From a virus (taxonomy: Duplodnaviria > Caudoviricetes): a stretch of DNA of 26,787 nucleotides. Below, one piece after another: positions 23,419 through 26,787 of the stretch. The stretch is from positions 1-26,787 of the IMG/VR virus record IMGVR_UViG_3300045978_000411, one strand, 5' to 3'. Each line of letters starts with the position of its first letter. The stretch's first letter is position 1. The notes beneath the pieces were generated by a model. It searched no databases. It saw only the letters and a list, made by a program, of their open reading frames with translations, and was not told the DNA's origin. The position numbers were made by a program, and so were the translations under genes.

Positions 23419-25769
23419 GCTTTTATGCAATGTCCGCAGCGACCAATGGTGGTGGAGCCTCCGCGATCGGCACTACACCGCGGGTCATACCGAATACCGG
23501 ATATTCAGAGATTGTGAACACGTTGCCTGGTGGAGCGCCGCTAGCGTACTGGCGGTGTGGTGAGCTGGGCGGATCGGTGCTGACCGATACCAGACCAGGT
23601 GCTCGGCATTTCTCTCTTGCAGGGCTGCCGCTCTACGACACGCCAGGTCTACCAGCGGACAGCGATACAGCTGTTGACATGCGGGGCATTGCGATTGCAT
23701 CGAGAGCCAGTGATACAGGGCTACAGCTGGCTGCATTCTCCCTGAGCTTCTGGTTCAGAGCGCACACAATGCCAGCGCTGATTGATCCGAACGAGTCCCA
23801 GATCATTATCGGGAAGGACGCCAGCGGACTACATGACGGCGACTTTACGGTGTTCACGGAGGAGACTGGCGTAGTTAAGGCTCAGTTCCAATCGAATACG
23901 GCGTCCTTTGCGTTGAGCTCGCCAGTAGTGGCGGAGGAAATCTACCACGTCTGCGTCCGAGCTGACAACACCGGCTTCGATATGTACGTGAATGGGAAGT
24001 ATGTCGGGAAGAATACTGCATATACGACAGCTTGGATCAACAATGTCAATCCCCTTACCATTGGAGTAGCGCCCTGGGCCATTGTCAACTACAACGGAAT
24101 TGTAGACGAGATTGCGCTCTTCCCAAGGATTCTCACGGAAGCTGAGGTCTTCTTGCTGGCTCAGCATGTCGAGCTGCCGGAGGCCGTAGGTGACAGCTTC
24201 ACGGTGCAGGAGGGTACCACAACCGTCCTGAATGTAGTGGCGAATGATACCTTCGCCGGACCGAAGTCAGGACTGACAGTGACAGTGGTTACATCTCCAG
24301 GTGGAGGAGACACCGCAACACCCGATGCGAATAAGGATATTGTGTACGTTGCAGGAGCTGTGGGAGCAACGACGGCGAGGAGCTTCGCCTATAAGATAAC
24401 CGATCCGAACGGAGAGAGTAACATAGCCACGGTGAACATGACGATACAGGATGTCGCTGCACCGCCAACCGGAGCCGAGAACTGCTACAATGAGAGCGCG
24501 GCAGATGTGGTGGAGATCGGGACAGGGAGTGGAGATATTGGAGTAGCACTGGCAGCAGCTATTCTTAATGCACCGGCAGGCAGGAACATTTTGATCCTTC
24601 CGGGGACGTATACTGGTGGAGTTCAGACATTCCGAGCCTCAGGTACAGCGGCGGCGAAGGTGATCGTGAGGCCGAAGCCTGACCCGCTTGTGGGAGATAT
24701 CGGAATTGTCACTGTCAACAACGCCAACTGGACTTTGGCAGATGGAGTTGGCTCGGAAGGAGTGTGTAAGCATCTGGTAATCTCCAAGATCTATTTCAAC
24801 CAGAGCCGGGTGGTGCTGGCAGGAGACAACAATCGCGTGGCGAGGTGCCGGTTCCGCACAATCTCTGGCACTGCACTTCAGGTGGGCGATAATAACGGCA
24901 GGCATTTCCGGAATTGTCGGATCAGTAACTGCGATTTCAGTGAGTTCACCAATGGGCTTAGTCAACATAACCCGATCAATGTTCGGAACCTCTTCGGTCA
25001 AGGCAACGCAAGGAATCTTCTAATCGATCGTTGCTACTTTCATGACGTGAACGTAGAGGGGATCAATGGAACAGAGATTATCGGTACGTATGCAAATGTC
25101 CCTGGATTGCAGAACCCGGTGAGAGGAGAGACTGTTACGATAACTCACTGTTTGTTCTCCGACTGGATATTGAGGAAGCCAGCGAGTGCGGGCGGCGAAG
25201 GCGAGCTTATCACCATCAAGAGTGCCGGATGGGTGGTGAAGTTCTGCACTTTCCTAAATACGAACCTCGAGGTTACATTCAGGACTACACGAGATACGGA
25301 GCTGCGAAGCTGTTGGTTCGAGGGCGGAGACAACATTCGGGTAATGGGAGATGATAATCTGGTGATCGGGAATAAGGTGGTCGGCCCGGACATCATGTAC
25401 ATTAGGGCTGGAAACGCTACAACGCAGGAAGCGATAGCGTTGTCAGAACCTGATGGGATCGGCGTGTACGCTCGGTGTGCAAGGAATCTCGTGGTGGGAA
25501 ACGTGATGGATACGGGAAGGATCGAGGTTGGCTTCTATCCCGATGCCGGTATCAGGCAGTCCGCCATTGATAATGTGCTCGAAGCGAATTCGAGGCTGGC
25601 AGGTGAGCCGCACTACATTCTGCATACCACGCAGTTTGGTTTCACGCCGGCGCAAGAGAGGACTACAATCCGCACAACCACCTCACATCCGTATGAGGCA
25701 CCGGTGAAGCTGCTGCCTAGCCAGGTCGGCCTCATGGTTCCTGATCAATACTGTCCGACGGGGACCTAA
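23415..25769 (+). CDS. multidomain receptor-binding/depolymerase protein (LamG + Ig-like + right-handed beta-helix)
   Basis: AYWR, SFWF, YHV, MYVNG, DEIA (LamG); LNVVAND...FAYKITD (Ig-like); A.AG..I.I.PGTY, IDRCYF and GEGELITIKS (PL6/chondroitinase B-like). Confidence 0.8.
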   Translation: MSFYAMSAATNGGGASAIGTTPRVIPNTGYSEIVNTLPGGAPLAYWRCGELGGSVLTDTRPGARHFSLAGLPLYDTPGLPADSDTAVDMRGIAIASRASDTGLQLAAFSLSFWFRAHTMPALIDPNESQIIIGKDASGLHDGDFTVFTEETGVVKAQFQSNTASFALSSPVVAEEIYHVCVRADNTGFDMYVNGKYVGKNTAYTTAWINNVNPLTIGVAPWAIVNYNGIVDEIALFPRILTEAEVFLLAQHVELPEAVGDSFTVQEGTTTVLNVVANDTFAGPKSGLTVTVVTSPGGGDTATPDANKDIVYVAGAVGATTARSFAYKITDPNGESNIATVNMTIQDVAAPPTGAENCYNESAADVVEIGTGSGDIGVALAAAILNAPAGRNILILPGTYTGGVQTFRASGTAAAKVIVRPKPDPLVGDIGIVTVNNANWTLADGVGSEGVCKHLVISKIYFNQSRVVLAGDNNRVARCRFRTISGTALQVGDNNGRHFRNCRISNCDFSEFTNGLSQHNPINVRNLFGQGNARNLLIDRCYFHDVNVEGINGTEIIGTYANVPGLQNPVRGETVTITHCLFSDWILRKPASAGGEGELITIKSAGWVVKFCTFLNTNLEVTFRTTRDTELRSCWFEGGDNIRVMGDDNLVIGNKVVGPDIMYIRAGNATTQEAIALSEPDGIGVYARCARNLVVGNVMDTGRIEVGFYPDAGIRQSAIDNVLEANSRLAGEPHYILHTTQFGFTPAQERTTIRTTTSHPYEAPVKLLPSQVGLMVPDQYCPTGT

Positions 25770-26240
25770 ATGGCTGGATTGCAGGAGCCCTTCGGTGATG
25801 ACCTGGACTTCTTCGACGACGGGACCGGGTTTCTCAATGATCCAGAGGCGCCGTACTGGGTGCTTGGTCTTGAGATCATTCCTTCCGAGGTGGAGGAGGA
25901 TATCCTGATGAGCTTCGTGGTGTCCGTGCGCGAAGGAGAAGCGAGGACGTATCTGGTGGAGGTAAAAGATCCGGCAGGAGAGCCTATAGATCTGACGGAT
26001 CAGCAGATCAAGTGGGTGGTGGCGGAGGTGGGAGGAGCCGAGTCCGTCATCGAGAAGAATGCGCCAGCGGGGGTGGAGCAGCTATTTCCAGGGATGGTCC
26101 GATTGATGCTCGCTTCGGGTGATACTCTTGGTCTGTCCGGGGTATATCACCAGGAGGTGAAGGCTACGGTCGGCGGGCTGCCGAAGACGATCAGGTCGGG
26201 GATCTTAACAGTTATACCGTCTTCGACAGGAGCTATGTGA
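25770..26240 (+). CDS. small virion protein, BppU-N/Ig-like domain
   Basis: GE..T..V.VKD..G.PIDLT...G...L.L...DT..L.G.Y..EV pattern. Confidence 0.7.
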   Translation: MAGLQEPFGDDLDFFDDGTGFLNDPEAPYWVLGLEIIPSEVEEDILMSFVVSVREGEARTYLVEVKDPAGEPIDLTDQQIKWVVAEVGGAESVIEKNAPAGVEQLFPGMVRLMLASGDTLGLSGVYHQEVKATVGGLPKTIRSGILTVIPSSTGAM

Positions 26241-26787
26241 TGAGAAGGGATGAAGCAGTTTTTCTGATCCAGTCGAGGTTCGGCGGGATGGAAGGAGAGG
26301 AGGACAGGATTATTGCCGAGCTGCAATTCGCACAGGAGCTCTACGAGCGGTCTGTGAAGAAGCCTTGGTTCCTGGTGACGACAGGGCTTCGGGACGTGAC
26401 CGAACAAGGCTCCACGTCGTTGGTAGGACTAGATCCGCAGTTCCTACAGGAGTACGAGCCTGGATCTGTGTGGGTGAAGCCGTCGCCCACGACAGTGAAA
26501 CTGTTGCAGAAGCTGAGCTTCGACATCGGGATGAACAGGCGCGGCACTGGAATGCCTACCCATTACGACCTGATCGGTGATCAGCTTCATGTGTTCCCGG
26601 TTCCAGACCAGACATATGAGTTGATCATCCGATACTACGGGAAGGACGAGAGATTGCATGGAGATATCGAGAACAAGTTCCTTCAGTATGCGCCGGATCT
26701 GCTTATTGCCAGGGCCGGCCTGAACATCGCGAAGTATGCCGAGCCCTCGATGCTCCAGGTGTTCCAAATGGACGAGCAGGAGGCTCA
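26240..26787 (+). CDS. head-tail adaptor / tail tubular A-like protein, truncated at window end
   Basis: Manual translation MRRDEAVFLIQSRF...PWFL...GMPTHY...LHVFPVPDQTYEL..RYY...APDLL; AGGAG RBS. Confidence 0.75.
   Translation, partial: MRRDEAVFLIQSRFGGMEGEEDRIIAELQFAQELYERSVKKPWFLVTTGLRDVTEQGSTSLVGLDPQFLQEYEPGSVWVKPSPTTVKLLQKLSFDIGMNRRGTGMPTHYDLIGDQLHVFPVPDQTYELIIRYYGKDERLHGDIENKFLQYAPDLLIARAGLNIAKYAEPSMLQVFQMDEQEA

Overview
A 26.8-kb internal segment of a tailed dsDNA bacteriophage or prophage with podovirus-like virion genes. The host is probably Gram-negative, possibly alphaproteobacterial (inference). Two divergent arms meet at a ~0.75-kb non-coding centre (~7300-8050). The left arm (minus strand, 1-7250) holds about 19 small early/accessory genes and one large Tat-signal protein with its own sigma70 promoter. 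The right arm (plus strand) holds a stand-alone gene, then a late operon: TerS-like protein, PD-(D/E)xK nuclease, TerL, portal, a lysis cassette (holin, lipoprotein, M15 endolysin), FkbM methyltransferase, scaffold, major capsid, glycosyltransferase, several fibre/LamG/beta-helix depolymerase proteins and a truncated head-tail adaptor. No integrase, polymerase, tRNA or CRISPR array is visible. The most notable non-coding features are four. (1) A family of about 9 short bulged hairpins sits mostly right after stop codons, resembles miniature integron attC sites (TAAC...GTTRRRY), and flips orientation at the centre. (2) A second 36-bp element, AATGCGTGG-TTCGAC-N12-YCACGYATT, occurs three times. 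(3) A ~300-bp helically phased inverted-repeat origin candidate lies at the centre. (4) Two TGCGACA-N3-TGTCGCA palindromes resemble RegA/PrrA/RegR boxes. All protein calls come from motif recognition by eye, not database searches.
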